The notes under the pieces: model-generated
The model's input: only the letters and a program-made list of their open reading frames with translations
Told to the model about the DNA's origin: nothing
Database searches by the model: none
Part shown: piece after piece, positions 48,255-61,108 of the stretch
Layout: each line of letters opens with the position of its first letter
Position numbering within the stretch: the stretch's first letter is position 1
Program-made: the position numbers and the translations under genes
Source of the DNA: Lophium mytilinum
Lineage: Eukaryota
Direction of reading: 5' to 3'
Assembly (NCBI GenBank): GCA_010093605.1
Contig: MU004202.1
Span: 383,560-447,559, forward strand
Length of the DNA: 64,000 nucleotides

Positions 48255-49405
48255 CTTGAGGGCTTAAGAAATATCAGTATGAGGTCTCTCGATGATGGAG
48301 CAGATGCTGGCGCAGCGTACCTTGGGTGGGGGTGGGGATGGGGGTAGTAGTAATGAGGTTGTTGCAAGAAAGTGGGCAAACTACTCACGAGAGACCTTTC
48401 AACAACACTCCGTGACAACTTTATTCTAAAGCGCTTCACCCCCTCCGTCACGCAAAGCAAGACTCCGATTTTCTTCGCCTTGGTACGCCCTTTCTCATCA
48501 CTCGTCGCTTGCAGACAAGTCCAGATTCCGCGTATCACGTCTTGCGCTCCATCTTCACCATTGAGTTCAAAGCGGACAGCCAGTAGAAACGCGGGTTGGA
48601 CTTTGGTACATAATTGAAACAGTATAGAATGAGAGAACCTTCCTATCTTCCTACATTGACCTCCCATCGCTAGTTTCGCACTTCTGGCAGGCGTTCACGG
48701 CCATGATAACCACAAGACCGGCTCTGCTCTAACATTCAGACAACCACAACCTCCTAAATCCCCTCACGTCAATCACGGCGCTGTTGAACGTCGCGTACCG
48801 GTGCTCGTGAATTATCCTGCTGTCCACCGTCATGACACGAAGAGATACTCCCCGGGGCCATCTTCAAGCTTTTCCTGGGTGGGCCATGGGTGACGGCGTC
48901 GCTGTGCAAAATGGCTCGTCAGAGGAGCTCGAACGCTCCACAATATGAATTCAAGTAGGTAAGAAGGAATCATGAACTGCTCACACAAGACGGAGCGGAG
49001 GGCGGGATTCTCCTTTTTACCGGTAGTTTGATGCCTGCGTAGTTGGTTGTTGAGTTCTAAGCAGATTATGGATGTGGGTCCGGCGAATCTCTCCATCGCC
49101 CACTTCTATCCGTCTCTGCTTCAGTCCTGCGACACAAGAGAAGTCCATGGAAATAGCAATCCGTTTGATAAAAATTGGGGCGCATCAGGCGGTCCGAGCC
49201 GTAGTGGGGCAGGAGTGGCCTCGTTCCAAATTTCAGGACGCTGCATCGTTCTGCCGACTCTTGTCCCTTCCTAGCGTTAGTGCGCGACTTGTACACCAAT
49301 TTCATGACCATACACGTCTGCCGGCGGATTGAAACTCTGAGAGCCTCTATAGTAAGCCTAATCAGCTTTGAAACTGAGCCTTCTTGAAGATCTCCGGCCT
49401 CCACA

Positions 49406-50636
49406 ATGGCGTCCTCCAAGGTGTACGAAACCTTCCCCGTCCACCCCGGAAGCATGGAAATCCGATTCCTCGAACTTCGCCCCCCTTTCTCCGATGTTCT
49501 CAGCTGCAAGCTCTCTGTCGTTACTCTCAAAAGCGGACCCCCACCATTCATTGCACTCTCGTACGAATGGGGCGCCGACGACGCGAACCACGTCATGTCC
49601 CTCGACGGCCACGACGTGAGTATTCGACACAACCTGTGGTTGGCACTGAAGAACATCACGAAACACCACGCAAGGCTCGTGCAAGATTGTCAGAATCACC
49701 ATCAACGACCCCGTCAAGATTTTCAAAAAGTAGGTCGTTTACCCAGCGGCGTCCGGCCCCGGCCTCTTCCTATTTGCCAATCCGCCTTCACAGATCCACT
49801 GGAAGTGGGCAATCCCCACCGTACCCCATCCCACGGACTCCCTATTCATATGGGTAGACGCCATCTGCATCGACCAAGACAACATCCCAGAACGCAACCA
49901 CCAAGTCGACCTCATGCGAGACATATACTCCAGCGCGGCTCTCGTCTTGGTCTGGCTCGGCCCAGCCGCCGACGACAGCGCGTTCGCGATTCGGAACATC
50001 CGCTACGAGAAGCCCGGTACTGGGCTCGTACGCAAGGAGTTCCTCGCCGTCCATCGCTTACTATGCCGCACGTACTGGGAGCGGATGTGGATAGTTCAGG
50101 AATTCATCCTTGGCCGCAGCGTGCTCGTGCATTGCGGCGACGGGTACTTCTATTGGCGGGAACTCTGGAAGTTCCTCCAAGCTTACGAGGCTCTTGCTGA
50201 ACTTTCGGAAAGACATCGGAATCTGTACGCTGGTCTTGAGAGCTCGCTCGGCGTGAAGGTCGTGCGCGCGAAGCAAGATTTCTCGGACTCTGCTTGGGCC
50301 CTAGATCTCCCCGAGTTGGTTCTGCAGTGGTCGGGTCAAAAGTGCATGGATCCTCGAGACAGGGTCTTTGCATTGTTGGGGATACCCGTAAGCGCTGCTG
50401 TTTGGAGAGATGAAAAGGCAGAGGGGTTTCGGGTCGATTACTCAAGAAGTGCCGAGCAGGTTTACTCTGACGTTTGTCGTTGTTTTGGCTCTACTTTGAA
50501 GCCTGTCGCAATGGAAGCGTTCTCCACGAAGTTAATGGGGATCCTGGATGTGCAGTCATCTCACGAGATTGTTGAACGAGCTCATTCGTGGACGAAGACT
50601 TCGGCCAGGGAGAACGCTACCGAGTTTTCACAGTGA
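49406..50636 (+). CDS. HET-domain (heterokaryon incompatibility, HET-6-like) protein
   Basis: EIRFLEL, FIALSYEWG, NLWLAL, IWVDAICIDQDNIPERNHQVDLMRDIYSSA, YWERMWIVQE, DPRDRVFALLG. A probable intron 49730-49793 joins the two frames (weak branch site, so a frameshift is not excluded). Confidence 0.9.
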
Positions 50637-50779
50637 ACAATCTAGTGGAATGTTGGTATATGTTCCTTTGAACGGTCAATATATGCTACGTCCCTACTTC
50701 CAGAAGACAGAAAACGCCCGCTCTAGCTGTACATGACACGTCTTTCATAGGACCACCCGTCAGCCGCCAGTCTAGTCAT

Positions 50780-52222
50780 TTACACCATATCCCTCGGAGC
50801 CTGTGGAAGGCGGCCCGGCGAAGGGTCTCTCGACAAACGCCCCTCCGCTCCACCAGCCCTATAATCATCGTATCCCAGCGACTGCTGCTCCGCAAGATCG
50901 CCATAGGCGTGCGTCTCTCCGTACGACTGGGGTCTTGTCGCAAGTTCCGCATAGGCGTCCGGTGCGGGCGGCGAAGTGCTGCGAGACTCCTCCGTTTTCA
51001 ATGGTTCCCGCGCCATGTCGTCCATCTCGTGGGTCCGCTGGCGCTTAGGGCCTTGGCCGAAACCATGGCCTGTAGGCGAGCGCTTCTGGGTCAGAAGAAC
51101 TGTAGCATGAATAGAGCCGCGGATGATATCTGAGAGGTTCATCGCATCCAAAATTGCGCGCCACGTAGGCATGCGGTATGCGTCTGGGCGGGTATCGGTG
51201 TGGTAGACACGTGAGCGGAAGCCGAAGTGGAAAAGGAAAGAAAAGATCGTGGCCTCGAGACAAGTGAGGGTCGCGGGGATGCCATAGTAGATGTCGTCAA
51301 ACGTGAGGGTCTTGGTGGGCTTGAAAGTCGCGAAGCCAAAGATAATCATTTGGAAGAACTGGAAGAAGACAATGCCTTTGAAGCAGAGGAGCTTTGCGAG
51401 AGCGTGGTGTTTGGGGTCCATCTCTTTTTTGAAGCGACCGAAGAAACGCAAAACGGAGCTGATGGCGAGGCTGATTAGGATGTTGTCGGCGAGGAGGAGC
51501 TGGATTTGTTAGGCGATTGTGAAGTAAAAGTAATGGAACTGGACGGGGCGTACCCAGATGTGAGCGTACTTCGGGCTCAACGTGTTCATGCAGTACTTGT
51601 TCGCAGCTTGAGTTGCGATCTCAATAATGCAGAATATTGTCTTCATGAGGGGGTATTGGAAGACCATGATCCACGTGCGCTAATCATTGTATCAGTTCAA
51701 ATGTCTCCATGACGGTCTGAGTTATCTTACATTGAACCACGCGAGACTGCCTCCAGAGATAGTTTCGCCTTTCCTGGTCTTATTCACGACGCCATTGAAG
51801 TAGGCGTCCCGTATCTGCTCATCCGGACACATGTATTCGACATAGAGTAGATAAAGCGCCGCAATGCAGAACCCTTGGTAGGTTTCTTTGAGGGGTGACA
51901 GATATATGGAGTCGGTGTAGAAGATGATGGACATCAACTCCAGCACGCATGATGCGACTGGCATAAAGATGATGCGGACGTTTTGGCGCTGCTCCTTGGG
52001 GCAGGTGTATCGGTGGAGATGCTTCCAGATGAGGAATAAGGCGCTTATTGTGGTCAGGGCCACGCACACCCAGGATATAGATTCCATCAATCTTTTGGAC
52101 GTGATCCCGATGGACAATTTCTCGCCATGTTCGTGTGGTAGCGGTCGCAGGCAGGTGAACTTCGCGTCGGCGCGTGGGAAGAGGCTTCGGATCAGACTTC
52201 GAGGCTCGGGGTGTTGGAGCAT
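50780..52222 (-). CDS. TMEM184 / OST-alpha (DUF300) family membrane protein
   Basis: LIWKHLHRYTCPKEQRQNVRIIFMP, VFQYP and KLLCFKGIVFFQFFQ; multiple hydrophobic segments; two introns. Confidence 0.85.
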
Positions 52223-53572
52223 GTTGGCGAGAATATAGGATAGAACGTCGGCAAGGGAATAGGATATCGAACGCAGAAGGGAATAGGAAGACGCGATGCA
52301 GAGCTATCGGACGCGGGGGGATGCTGGAGGAGTAAACGGATGTGATGAAGAGAAATAGAAACGCTGGGGGAAGTGGGGTTGGAGCTGTTGCAAGATATGG
52401 GATGTGGAGATGAGAAGAAGAAGCCGGTGCTTTATACGCTACCCTTGCCAGCTAAGATGGCCGACTACACGGTGTTATAGCAGCACGGCCTCATTGCACG
52501 CAGGCGTAGCATAGGCATCTCCAAAACAGTCAACGTCGCGAAGAATCTCAATTGAGGGTTCCTCTTCATTGGCTGCGATGGCCGAGATCGTCGTTTGAGA
52601 TCGGCGGGAGCTGATGAGGCTTGGGTGAGCTTGTCGTGCGCCTCCTCCAGGTTCGAAGCTTGATTCTGCACCGCCGACACCAGGCGGTGGAGACAGCCTC
52701 GCTTGCATCGCGACGTTAGTGGTAGTATGGACCGAACGTCGCAGCTCTGCATAGGACATCCCCTGGGCAAGCAGGGGGTTTGGAAGGCATGAGTACAGCT
52801 CTTCCTCCCGCTTATTCACGGACGAACGGCCCATCAAATGCTCGCTCTCATTCTCTAGGCCAAACTGCCTTGCTCGAAGTGTCTTCGGCGGCGCACGCGA
52901 GATGACCACGTCAACGCCTGACAATGTGCTTAGCTGAGGAGATGTCGAAATACGTCAAGCGGGCAAGGGAAGAGGAAACGGAAGCCAGGGTCGGGAAACA
53001 GTGACTCGCGCAATGGGTACGAATTGGGCAGATCTCTGTGTTAGCCCTGGAATAGAAATAGATAGGAAGCAGAAGAGTTAAGAGTTGCAGAAGCGGTGGT
53101 CCTGGTGGTGCAAAAGCCGGAGAAGCACCAATCATACCGTCGGCCTAGCTTACGAAGAATACTAGAAACAACCAATCGCGAAATGCACGTCGTTTTCGGA
53201 GTAGTCGGCGACAGGGGTTTTCCGAACTCCATGCCTCTTTGCGACTTCGTCCAGGCATTCTCTCGCCATGATCCAAGCACCCACTCCTTCAGCCACCAAC
53301 ACTGTAGCGTCCATGCACCATTTGTTCTTGACCCGGCCGTAGAGTGAAAAGAGGCTGTGTCCCCTAAAACCTTCCAAGGTCGCGTCCCTCGAGACCGTTT
53401 TTTTCGGGTTTTCCGCGTCATCTCGCAGGGGTCCCGAGATCCCCAATGCTTATTCTCTGGCCCCCGCCCCCGCTTCTCGTTCTCTGCTTTCTCTCCAGCG
53501 ACTGCCTTGACATGCTTTCTAATCTTTAGACTTCACCATTCTTCCAGCCTGTATCTCGCCGCATTCATAAAC

Positions 53573-54283
53573 ATGATCGTTACTGGCAAATACGTCTACA
53601 AGAAGTACAAGAAGAGAAAGCAAGCAAAGGAGGACCTCCTAGCCGCCGATTCTGCCCATCACGACGAGATGGTCAATGCAATCCAAGACCCTAGCCTACC
53701 AACACTGATGACCGGCGATGCCTCAAACCCAACTCCCGCATCGTACCAGGCACATCCACCTCCTTATTCAGACGTCGAGCAAGCCATGTTTGCGCAAACT
53801 CAGCCCCAGTATGCGCCATTCAGTCCACCGCACCCGCCGCCATCTCCCTTGTCGCCATCTACTTTATCACCCTCGTCACCCTCGCCCTATCTACATCAAC
53901 AGCAGAGTCTTGCGCCTACCGAGATCGCGGTTAGGGGGCGATGGGTATGGCAGCCGGATACGCCCCAAATACCCACGCCGGTGGCCACCGACTCCTCGTA
54001 CATGGTGTCCTTACCTGGACAACCGCTCAAACATCAGGCCGTGGAACTAGAACACGAAAGGGCGCCTGCTGAGCTCGCAATTGGCAAGACATTTGCATTT
54101 GAGAAGGAAGTCGAGAATGGGCCCGTGGAGCTTCCAGCTGACCTGCCATCATCGGATGACAGCAGCGATGGCGAAGATCGTTCGACAACGACGAGGCCGG
54201 ACATGGAAAAGCGTGCGCAGAGTGATCCGCCATACGCCATGTCTTCGAAACTTGATCAGTACGGCCCGTTACGAGGATTCTGA
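53573..54283 (+). CDS. Hypothetical Pro/Ser-rich protein with a basic N-terminus
   Basis: ATG 53573, KYVYKKYKKRK, PPPY motif, and PAEL/PVELPA repeats common in fungal disordered proteins. Confidence 0.6.
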   Translation: MIVTGKYVYKKYKKRKQAKEDLLAADSAHHDEMVNAIQDPSLPTLMTGDASNPTPASYQAHPPPYSDVEQAMFAQTQPQYAPFSPPHPPPSPLSPSTLSPSSPSPYLHQQQSLAPTEIAVRGRWVWQPDTPQIPTPVATDSSYMVSLPGQPLKHQAVELEHERAPAELAIGKTFAFEKEVENGPVELPADLPSSDDSSDGEDRSTTTRPDMEKRAQSDPPYAMSSKLDQYGPLRGF

Positions 54284-55644
54284 ATGGGGACCATGGACAG
54301 AATACTGGCCGGCCATCTTGGTTAGCTAGATGAAGAACTTGAGGGGCGTTTTGGGGGAATACCATGCTTTTCATTTTCAATCTCATCATTACGTTTCAGC
54401 ACTATTTCATGTCTTGCTCTTTACCACGTGACCAACTACCACGCCCCCATTTCTAGCTTGCACCTCTTCTCATTGTGCATTCATGTCTTCATGGCACATG
54501 CTCCACGGATAGATTATCTTTGCCACCATCGAAGCGCGAAAGGTCAAAGCGGCAACACGTGACGCTACCCCCTCGAAGGAAGGTAGATTGAAGACACCGT
54601 CCCCACAGCTTCAGCTACCTCGATATTCATTGCTTGAAGCTAGTTTTCTTTCGCTAGTGCAGTTTGTGGCATTCTTGTGAAGCGAAAGGATAACCGGAAG
54701 GGTCGACGAGGGGGATGAGGATCGGAAAAGCGCAAGCGAACGACCTGAACTTCAACAGGCCAAAAGCTGATCACAATGAAAGAGAAATAAAGTAAAGAAC
54801 GCGGTAAGCTACAGGAGATCTAAGTTCAAGAGGGCTGCGAAGGTTGAAGAACGTAGAGCGGGAAGAACGCGTGTGTATGTGCAGGGATGACAAACCACGA
54901 CTCACGCAATATCATCTTTCGATGTAGGAGCTGGGTGTATGCTATCTCGTATTGCCTTCGAAGTTTCCTCGGAAGGATTCTCAATTAACTCTTGTGCGTA
55001 CATCTAGACGCCTTCCACGCATCTTGTGGTGATGTACGACGCAAGGTTGTACGACGAACGAGCTCCTTCGTACTTCACCGCAGCATTCAGCCACTGGAAT
55101 CGCAACCCTAGCCGTTGAAGGGCGAAGCGTCTACTAGCATGCCATACACTCTAGATAGAAGAAGGAGTCGAGTAGTACGTGTGCTTTCTCTTGGCATCGT
55201 ACCTGACAACCTGCCAGGTTATTCATTTGGGCTGTGGTTACCAAATTCAACCACTAACGAGCCGTGGAAGACTCCGCCCCTGTATCCAAGCTGTAGCTCA
55301 GAGTAGGAATCACGGCCTGGACGAGATGCTGAATCGAAACACAGCCCTGTTCTTGCTTGGGAGTATACGCGTTTCTCTGCGCAAGAGCACTAACGCCTCT
55401 ATTGTCGCCCATGTTATGGTCAGGGAACTGTAATACCGGGCTGAGGTGCTACCTATACCCTATGGTACCATATAAAAGCAAAGACCGATAGCTTTTTCAA
55501 TCTTCACCTCATTCCAACATTCTCATTTACCTTCAGTCTGCAACGCCGGCCAGCTTTCCCACATCTGCGTAGTACTTTGCACAATCGCATCGCACTCTCC
55601 TCGTTGAGTTCTGGAAGTGTACAAAGCCGCGACTAAACCGCATC

Positions 55645-56625
55645 ATGTCCACCGGAAACATCCTCCTGCCTCGCGCAAAAGACTTCGTCTACTACCACTA
55701 CGACCCCTCAAAGGCCGCCGCCATCATATTCCTCGTCCTTTTCACCACCTCTACCCTACACCACTTCTACCAAATGATGCGAACACGGACCTGGTACTTC
55801 ATCCCCTTCTTCATCGGCGGTGTCCTCGAGACCATCGGCTACGTGGGCCGTGTAATCAACGCCAACGAAACCCCGAACTGGACGCAAACCTGGTTCATCG
55901 TTCAGTATATGGGGATCTTGCTCGCGCCCGCTCTCTTCGCGGCTTCGATCTATATGATACTAGGGCGGATCGTCCTTCTTACAGACGCGGAAACGCACTC
56001 GTTTGTCCGGCTGAAGTGGATGACTGCCACGTTTGTGTCTGGAGATGTACTTTCCTTCCTCGTGCAAGCACTAGGTTCGCCAGCTCTTTCTATAAAGCAT
56101 ACATCATCTCAACTAACACGGCGATACCTAGGCGGTGGCATGAGCGCGTCAGGCTCCAACGCCTCAACTGGCCAAACCGTCCTCGTCATCGGCCTCTTCA
56201 TCCAAATCGTCTTCTTCAGCATGTTCGCCATCAACAGCTGGGTCTTCATGCTGCGACTCCGCAAGTCACCTACCACAAAGTCGAAGCGCGTGCCCTGGAT
56301 GAAGTTCCTTGCAACCCTTTACGTCGTTTCAGCGCTGATTCTAGTCCGTTCGATCTATCGTGTTGTCGAGTACATACAAGGTCAAGATGGAAGCATCATG
56401 GACCATGAGGTGTTTCTTTACGTGTTTGATGCGACACTGATGTCTATTGTTATGCTGGTGTTCAATGTGCGGCATCCGAGCGAGATCACAGCGTTGTTCT
56501 ACGGTGGGAGGGTGGCGCGCCTTTTCTCCACTTATCGCATTCTAGAGGAGGGTGGAGAGAGTACTGTGGAGCTTGGGACGCATACCTCTCATCGTCGTTC
56601 CCATCGTGAACAGTCCCATGCGTAA
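55645..56625 (+). CDS. RTA1-like (lipid-translocating exporter family) 7-TM protein
   Basis: YHYDPS, ETIGYVGR, LLAPALFAASIYMILGR, FVSGDVLSFLVQ, RSIYRVVEY, HEVFLYVFDA. In-frame 57-nt intron 56075-56131. Confidence 0.92.
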   Translation: MSTGNILLPRAKDFVYYHYDPSKAAAIIFLVLFTTSTLHHFYQMMRTRTWYFIPFFIGGVLETIGYVGRVINANETPNWTQTWFIVQYMGILLAPALFAASIYMILGRIVLLTDAETHSFVRLKWMTATFVSGDVLSFLVQALGSPALSIKHTSSQLTRRYLGGGMSASGSNASTGQTVLVIGLFIQIVFFSMFAINSWVFMLRLRKSPTTKSKRVPWMKFLATLYVVSALILVRSIYRVVEYIQGQDGSIMDHEVFLYVFDATLMSIVMLVFNVRHPSEITALFYGGRVARLFSTYRILEEGGESTVELGTHTSHRRSHREQSHA

Positions 56626-56636
56626 GAAGGGAGGCG

Positions 56637-56700
56637 GGATGTGGGATGAGTTTGGAGAGTGGATAGGATGTGGAACGAGTTCGGAGAGTGGATAGGATGT
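56637..56700. repeat. 29-bp tandem duplication
   Basis: ggatgtgggatgagtttggagagtggata followed by ggatgtggaacgagttcggagagtggata. Confidence 0.8.
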
Positions 56701-56808
56701 CAGGGGTGGTGTATTGTTCATACCGTGATTAGTCATATAAAACCCTTAGCTCGATCATGCAGTGTTTGGAAACACCTACCTAAAACCCGAATAACCACTC
56801 TTCTAGCC

Positions 56809-57786
56809 ATGAACAAAGTTCCATCGACTCCACCCTCTTACTTTGTATCTTCTCGCAACTTTCCCGTCTCTGTTGGAACCCACGCGCTCCATCTCGCACT
56901 CCACGGGCCCCCTCGTACCGCCTCCACCCCCATCACCATCGCCTTCCCCGGAGCCGGCGACATCGCATACTCCTGGCTCCCCACGGCTCGAACAGTCTCT
57001 GCCACCTCGCCTATCCTCCTCTATGACCGCTCCGGCCTCGGTCTTAGCGACGACGCCCCTCCGTCGAGTCCCGTCAACGCCGTCACGGCGGCTACCGAGC
57101 TGCAGACCGCGCTCCGGAATGCTGGGCTGGAGCCGCCATACATACTGTGTGCGCACTCGTATGGCGCGATTGTGGCCCGCGAGTTTCTAGAACTCTGCCA
57201 GGACGAGGTGGTGGGGATGGTGCTGGTCGACCCGTCGGGCGAAAGGCAGCCGGAGTACTTCAAGCTGCCCGACGAAAACATCGTCGCGGTTACGGGGGCG
57301 CTGAGGACGGCTGTAGTTACGGGGCTTAGAGCTGATACGGTCCTGACTCCAGAAGAGTGGGCGGAGCGAGCAGCGCTGGTTCGGCGAGGTGCAGACGCAA
57401 CGAGAAAGGAAGTCGGCGCGTTCGTCGAGGTCTGTGAAACGCTGGGGGCGAAGAGACAGCTCGAGCGGAGGTTGATGGGAAGCAAGCCGTTGAGTATAAT
57501 CAAGGCGAATAGCAAGAGGGATTCGGAGCGGATTTATGAGAAGGGAGTCGAGGTTGGGAATGGCACGGTGGAACAACAGCGAGGGTTCCGTGAGCTCTTG
57601 GATTCGTGGGATGAGGCTGACAAGGTCATCAAGGAGGGACAGCTGCAGCTGTCGAACAACAGTCAGCTCATTCATCTGAGTGACTGTGGACATTACGTCC
57701 ATCTCGTCCGACCAGAGATCGTAGCGGGTGCGATTCGGTGGGTGTTGGAAAATCTCGCTGCGAGTGGTGATTCTAGTCGTTTGTGA
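56809..57786 (+). CDS. Alpha/beta hydrolase (Abhydrolase_1/6 type)
   Basis: YDRSGLGLSD, PPYILCAHSYGA nucleophile elbow, MVLVD, CGHYVHLVRPE. Confidence 0.88.
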   Translation: MNKVPSTPPSYFVSSRNFPVSVGTHALHLALHGPPRTASTPITIAFPGAGDIAYSWLPTARTVSATSPILLYDRSGLGLSDDAPPSSPVNAVTAATELQTALRNAGLEPPYILCAHSYGAIVAREFLELCQDEVVGMVLVDPSGERQPEYFKLPDENIVAVTGALRTAVVTGLRADTVLTPEEWAERAALVRRGADATRKEVGAFVEVCETLGAKRQLERRLMGSKPLSIIKANSKRDSERIYEKGVEVGNGTVEQQRGFRELLDSWDEADKVIKEGQLQLSNNSQLIHLSDCGHYVHLVRPEIVAGAIRWVLENLAASGDSSRL

Positions 57787-58312
57787 GGATGAACTCAGTA
57801 TTTCTCAATCGTTGGAGTACCGTAAGTCATTTTATTCAGGTGCGTGTCTCATCTTTCACACGTCTTCTTCTTCTCATCCTTCATCGATTCCAATTGTTCT
57901 GTGAATACTGCGGCCTCCAATTCAGCTTTCATTCTTTCTCTCCTCTACTTCTCTAGTTCAAACCTCGTCCGCCTCGTCAATTTGGTGTGAGCACAAGCAG
58001 TTATTGGGCTACGTACAAAATACCCCATGCATCAACAGCCAATTTTCTTCGGTACGACAGGTTTATCAATTCAGATCACGCCAGCGCCACAGCGCGGGAA
58101 CTTTCTTTCAGCTCGTGAATGGAGAGGTGGCGGTGACGTCTTCGAGTCATGTGATCTCACCCCAGTGCACGGAAGCTAGATTATGAAGATGTGCCGTTTT
58201 CCTGCAAGCTGCCAAGAGAGCAGCACTACCAGGCTTGTCTGTGGACTATTGGCACTGCCCTAATTATCTAACTACTCTCGATTTTCAAATACCTCCGCGT
58301 CCACTCGCATTT

Positions 58313-59954
58313 CTAGAGCGCATATCTATACTCCGGCCTCTGTTTCCCACCACTAAAATGCACAACCTCCCCGCTTTCCAACTTCTTGTTCTCTCGCCTA
58401 TAGTATTCTCTCAATGACAGGCAGACGACAATGAAAGCCGCCTGGCAAGACGCAACCGTGATCAGAGCCGGCTTGTAGATGGGAGCGTCCTGCGCCCTAA
58501 ACGCCACCGAGCTTACGATGCCCGCAAGGTTCTGCCCCATGAAACTAATCCCCAGTCTAAGAGCCCGCCCAGTAGTAGTCGTCGTGTTTGAGGATAGCCA
58601 AACGGGAACTAGAATTCCGGGTGTGAATGTCCCAAAGGTAATTAGGTAGGTGAGGAAATAGCCGACTTTGACGTTATGAACCAGGTCAAGGGTGGCGAGC
58701 AGAATCCAGGCCAAGAATGAGACGAAGAGGGTGCCGCAAGCGATAGTGGCGCGCTGCTGGAAGTGGTCACTCAGGAAGGTAGTCGAGAGTTGAACAGCAG
58801 CTGCCACGAGATTGGGACCAACGGTGTAAAGGTTTGATTTTGACGGAACTTTTGCGAGCCGTTTTACCATTGTCTACACAGCCACTGGTTAGTCAACGGC
58901 CTGGGCGTACGAGTTATGCACGAAGCCACTAACCGGAAGGAAGTTGGAACTACTAGCAACGCCGACGCCGTAAAACAACGCCATCACGAAATAGACCCAG
59001 GTGATCTTGTCGCGGAGCTGGACTTTGGCATCCTCCCAGTGAAAATTCTTGTCTTCATCCTGCGAGTCTTGTGCATGCCGGGCGACAGATACGCGTTTCT
59101 CGTCTTCTGAGAACCAGCGCGATTTCTGGACACTGTGTGGGAGGATTATGAAGAGGAGCAACCCTATCCCCACTGTGAGTGCCCCTTCGATGATAAAGAG
59201 GTATTGCCAGCCCTGGGACGACATCAGTAACTTTGAAGCAAGCATCGCGGTTAATCAGACTTACCTTGAGAGCTTTGTGCCACTGGAAGACGCTGAAGGC
59301 AATGAGGCCGCTGATAGCGCCCTGCGGTTCATCCGTCAGCATCACCAAAAACATACCTCCGAGAAGGGTAAACTCACAGCAATGAATCCCATCATTCCGA
59401 AGATCGAAACGCGGAATGACAGCTCTCGTCGAGTGTAAAAGAGAGAGCAATAGAAAATGGCACACGGGAGGAAGGCCGACTCCACGCAGCCCATGAGGAT
59501 TCTGCAAGCAAGGATGCCACCAAAATTCTTTGTGCCCGCTGATGCCATAGCCATTATGCCCCAAATCGACATGACGGAGGGAATGACGACGGCGGGATTG
59601 AACCGCTTCGAGAGAAGGGTGAAGGGAACATTCATGAGGCCATACGGGACATAAAATAGGATCAAAAGCAGGCTAAATTGGTTGCCCACGAGATGAAGAT
59701 CTTTTTCTAAGGTATCTGTCTTTGCATTTCCTAAGTTGGCACGATCTAACGTATGGGTTAGATAGGCAAGTGCTGGTAGATGCTGTTAGCAAATCTTCAG
59801 GGAGTCTCACACACGAACACATACCAAGGCCCGGCATCAGGATAAGATCTTGCTTTCGGACGAGCGATCGTTCGATGGCTGGGTCAATCACAACTAGGGC
59901 ATCCGAGTCCACAGTCACGGTACTGCCACTTACATGCTTCTCTGTGTCGGACAT
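58313..59954 (-). CDS. MFS anion:cation symporter (Dal5/Tna1 allantoate/nicotinate/dipeptide-type permease)
   Basis: LVRKQDLILMP, LDRANLGNAK, FYVPY, RILMGCVES, FYTRRELSFR, GWQYLFIIEG, DAPIY, YRYAL. Four introns. Confidence 0.9.
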
Positions 59955-61108
59955 GGCAGCGGTAGCTGTTCAACTTCTGGCCACTGATCGAATTGTGGAA
60001 AGTGTGGCACACTTCAAGAGGAATACCGGGAGATACTTATGGACGGCAGCAGTTAGCCGAATCTCTTGTTCATGAGTTCCATATCCACTCCTGGGGAGGA
60101 TCATGGTTGCAATCGTTACTGGCCTGCACGAGGCTATATTCACGCTATGTCGAAGCTATGTCCAGTAACCTAGACCATGTTCACTAGAGTACTGAGAGCT
60201 AACTATATCGTGCCATCTCCGGTTTGCTGTCGCGCCTTCTAGACACACGTCGGGCTGTATTGACTCAGTCGTGCGTGAACTGAATCTCGGAGAGATGTCC
60301 TCAGGTGTGAAGTTCTTTCCCGCACGACATAATGGCGTGTAGCACGCAAGAAATATCTCCACAAGTGATATTGACTATACTGCTAGGTTATCAGTAGACA
60401 CGATGAATCGCTTCCTGGTGGATCGTCTTCTTTTCTCGAGTCAAAAATTCACGGGGCTGACCCGCTCCATTGTGGGCTTTGCTGAATCGTGGGCAGCAGA
60501 GCATTACAAAATAGCGACTCTTGGTGCTGCACGGAATTGTGGATGTCAAGCACGCAAACTCCGCAAGCATGCTCCCGATCTCGCGCACGAAAATCGGGTT
60601 GGTGAGGCCCACAAGGCAACGAGGCATCAAGGCATCTGAACGCCCATCCAAACCCCGCTCGCGAGCACGCCCCGAATGCCCTACATTATGGGCAACGAGG
60701 CGCTCGAGGCAAGCGGGCAACTGGACAGCCCTCACACTGTCGCCTCACTGTTCTAAGCAAGCCAAAAGCATATCGAGACGAGTGTATAAAGCTACACTGC
60801 TGCGATACAGCTGCTGTTCTCGCGGAACTCTTGCATTCCTCGTCAGCTTTACTCGACAACTCGGCCTCTATCGCGACCGCAATTTATCCCAGTAGCCGTT
60901 GGACTGGTATTCCCGGACGCTTATCCACATCCTTGAAGCATTGAATAGCGGGGCCCCCACTCTTCGAGCCTCTGGCCCTACCTCCCTAAGTACATACCTA
61001 TACACTAGCGAACATAGCTCTACCTTAACTCCATCACGCGTCTAAACGTCACGTTCGACTCTCAAAATCCTGCCTCGTCCGGACCATTCCTGGCCACCGT
61101 TTCTGATC

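Noticed and set aside
52465..53572. Several 70-150 aa ORFs between TMEM184 and the Pro-rich gene, including the non-ATG extension from 53357
   Set aside because: No motifs; consistent with a divergent promoter and UTR region.
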